Shown piece by piece: positions 1 to 619 of a DNA stretch of 619 bases (positions are counted from its first letter, which is position 1; each line of letters opens with the position of its first letter). The position numbers and the translations under genes were made by a program. Source of the DNA: a phage; the sequence record DQ006827.1; one strand, 5' to 3'. The notes under the pieces were generated by a model that was not told the DNA's origin, searched no databases, and saw only the letters and a program-made list of their open reading frames with translations.

Positions 1-14
1 TTACTGGAGGCAAC
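1..14 (+). other. 3' end of the 5' untranslated leader of an ssRNA phage genome (partial; the 5'-terminal part of the leader lies outside the window)
   Basis: Sequence immediately upstream of the A2 start codon. Only 4 in-frame codons precede the ATG, so the leader identity depends on the start-codon call. Other frames stop at TAG 29-31 and TAA 64-66. Confidence 0.6.
6..10 (+). promoter_or_regulatory. Shine-Dalgarno ribosome-binding site for A2
   Basis: GGAGG at 6-10, followed by a 4-nt spacer (CAAC, 11-14) and ATG at 15-17. The spacer is slightly shorter than typical but workable. Qbeta has a purine-rich SD-like element a few nt upstream of its A2 start in the analogous position (from memory). 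Confidence 0.55.
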
Positions 15-619
15 ATGCCACGTTTACCTAGGGGACTTCGATTCGGAGCGAATATGGAGGTCTTAAACGACTTCCAGGAACTCTGGTATCCAGAGTCCCA
101 CATCGATTCCGATATGATCTTCCCTTTGTATACCTTCAAAGGTAACATGGGTGGTTCGTTTTTCGATTCCTACGGCACAAATAATATTGTCCGTCAGGTC
201 CGGAAGACGCCACACCGTGCTACAGTTCCTATAGCCTCTTCTGGCTTAAGGCCCTGTACCTCTGTATGGTATGACCCAACCAGCCTGCTTTTCAGAATTC
301 CTGAAATGAGGGCTGAGTGGGACAATGGCATGGGTGACACTGGAGATATTGTCTATAAAGACTTTCTCTTCAGTGCGCCGGCACCTAAGGAGTTCGATTT
401 CTCCAATTCCTTAGCGCCACGCTACAGTAATGCCTTTTCCGCCTTTAACGCCAAGTATGGCGTCATTATCGGAGAAGGGCACGAAACACTTAAGTATTTC
501 GCGCTATTACTTCGCAGACTACATAAAGCAGTCCGTGCCGTTCGGCACGGAGATTTACGTGGTCTCCGGAGGATCCTTGACTCTTACCATAAGGGTCATT
601 GGAAACCTGCTACTGCTGG
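15..619 (+). CDS. A2: Maturation protein A2 (maturation/lysis protein) of a Qbeta-like ssRNA phage; start codon present, 3' end truncated by the window edge (last complete codon 615-617, then GG of a Gly codon)
   Basis: Seen in sequence: the frame is open from position 3 to 617 with no stop, while the other two + frames and all three - frames carry multiple stops. Translation from ATG 15 is MPRLPRGLRFGANMEVLNDFQELWYPESHIDSDMIFPLYTFKGNMGGSFFDSYGTNNIVRQVRKTPHRATVPIASSGLRPCTSVWYDPTSLLFRIPEMRAEWDNGMGDTGDIVYKDFLFSAPAPKEFDFSNSLAPRYSNAFSAFNAKYGVIIGEGHETLKYFALLLRRLHKAVRAVRHGDLRGLRRILDSYHKGHWKPATA (201 aa). Established knowledge, from memory: Qbeta A2 begins MPKLPRGLRFGADNEILNDFQELW and contains RQVRRTPHRVTVPIASSGLRP, APKEFDFSNSLVPRY, AFSAFNAKYG, LLLRRL, GDLRALRR and KWKPATAG in the same order and spacing. 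Arg codon usage is mixed and includes AGG, AGA, CGG and CGA. Confidence 0.9.
   Translation, partial: MPRLPRGLRFGANMEVLNDFQELWYPESHIDSDMIFPLYTFKGNMGGSFFDSYGTNNIVRQVRKTPHRATVPIASSGLRPCTSVWYDPTSLLFRIPEMRAEWDNGMGDTGDIVYKDFLFSAPAPKEFDFSNSLAPRYSNAFSAFNAKYGVIIGEGHETLKYFALLLRRLHKAVRAVRHGDLRGLRRILDSYHKGHWKPATA
80..96 (+). other. Local RNA hairpin inside the A2 coding sequence (7-bp stem, 3-nt loop)
   Basis: ACTCTGG (80-86) is the exact reverse complement of CCAGAGT (90-96); the loop is TAT (87-89). The equivalent Qbeta segment, as I recall it, can form a similar but shorter stem with a UUU loop. Confidence 0.4.
532..551 (+). other. Local RNA hairpin inside the A2 coding sequence (8-bp perfect stem, 4-nt loop GUUC); not a transcription terminator
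   Basis: TCCGTGCC (532-539) is the exact reverse complement of GGCACGGA (544-551); the loop is GTTC (540-543). No U-tract follows, and an RNA phage genome has no rho-independent terminators. The homologous Qbeta segment (recalled) forms a 7-bp stem at the same codon positions, with two base pairs changed on both sides. Confidence 0.5.

Noticed and set aside
54-56. Alternative A2 start at the in-frame ATG 54-56, preceded by GGAG at 45-48 with a 5-nt spacer.
   Set aside because: The 13 residues encoded between 15 and 53 (MPRLPRGLRFGAN) match the recalled Qbeta A2 N-terminus nearly residue for residue, so the ATG at 15 is the better start.
184-353. Direct 8-mer repeat ATATTGTC at 184-191 and 346-353, and the GACAAT (321-326) / ATTGTC (348-353) inverted pair.
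   Set aside because: A single 8-mer duplicate and a 6-bp stem with a 21-nt loop are within chance expectation; both are explained by the codons for N-I-V and D-I-V.
532-551. The GC-rich hairpin read as a rho-independent transcription terminator.
   Set aside because: No U-tract follows on either strand, it lies inside a continuous open reading frame, and the template is an RNA phage genome.
295-576. Short palindromes: GAATTC at 295-300, GGATCC at 571-576 and CTCCGGAG at 564-571.
   Set aside because: Isolated 6-8 nt palindromes occur by chance in a sequence this long and are not biologically meaningful in an RNA genome.
430-618. An overlapping ORF in the +1 frame relative to A2, open from after the TAG at 412-414 to the window end, with ATGs at 430 and 457 and a moderately hydrophobic tail; considered as a possible embedded single-gene lysis protein.
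   Set aside because: An open stretch of about 68 codons in an alternative frame is not rare by chance. The homologous Qbeta region, as I recall it, has a UGA stop in this frame, so it is not conserved. No convincing SD precedes either ATG, and Qbeta-like phages lyse through A2 itself.
1-619. Coding potential on the minus strand.
   Set aside because: All three minus-strand frames are interrupted by multiple stops, and the minus strand of an ssRNA phage is a replication intermediate that is not translated.
1-619. CRISPR array, tRNA/rRNA, mobile element, or a novel multi-gene defence or biosynthetic system.
   Set aside because: There is no repeat-spacer structure and no RNA-gene features. The whole window is one continuous reading frame of a recognisable phage gene, so I see no support for a novel system in this window.

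Overview
The whole window appears to be cDNA of a positive-sense ssRNA bacteriophage, read in genomic sense, covering the last 14 nt of the 5' leader and roughly the first half of a Qbeta-like maturation/lysis protein A2 gene. One frame (+ strand, codons in phase with position 3) has no stop codon across all 619 nt; the other five frames are repeatedly interrupted. Its translation from the ATG at 15 is collinear with the Qbeta A2 N-terminus as I recall it (no search was run), matching in conserved blocks but differing at most third codon positions and across one 35-residue segment. I therefore read it as a distinct Qbeta-like lineage, not Qbeta itself. Two local RNA hairpins sit inside the coding sequence, one showing apparent compensatory base-pair changes relative to Qbeta. 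I find no rRNA, tRNA, CRISPR array, mobile element or DNA promoter/terminator, and no evidence of a novel multi-gene system: the window is a single partial phage gene.
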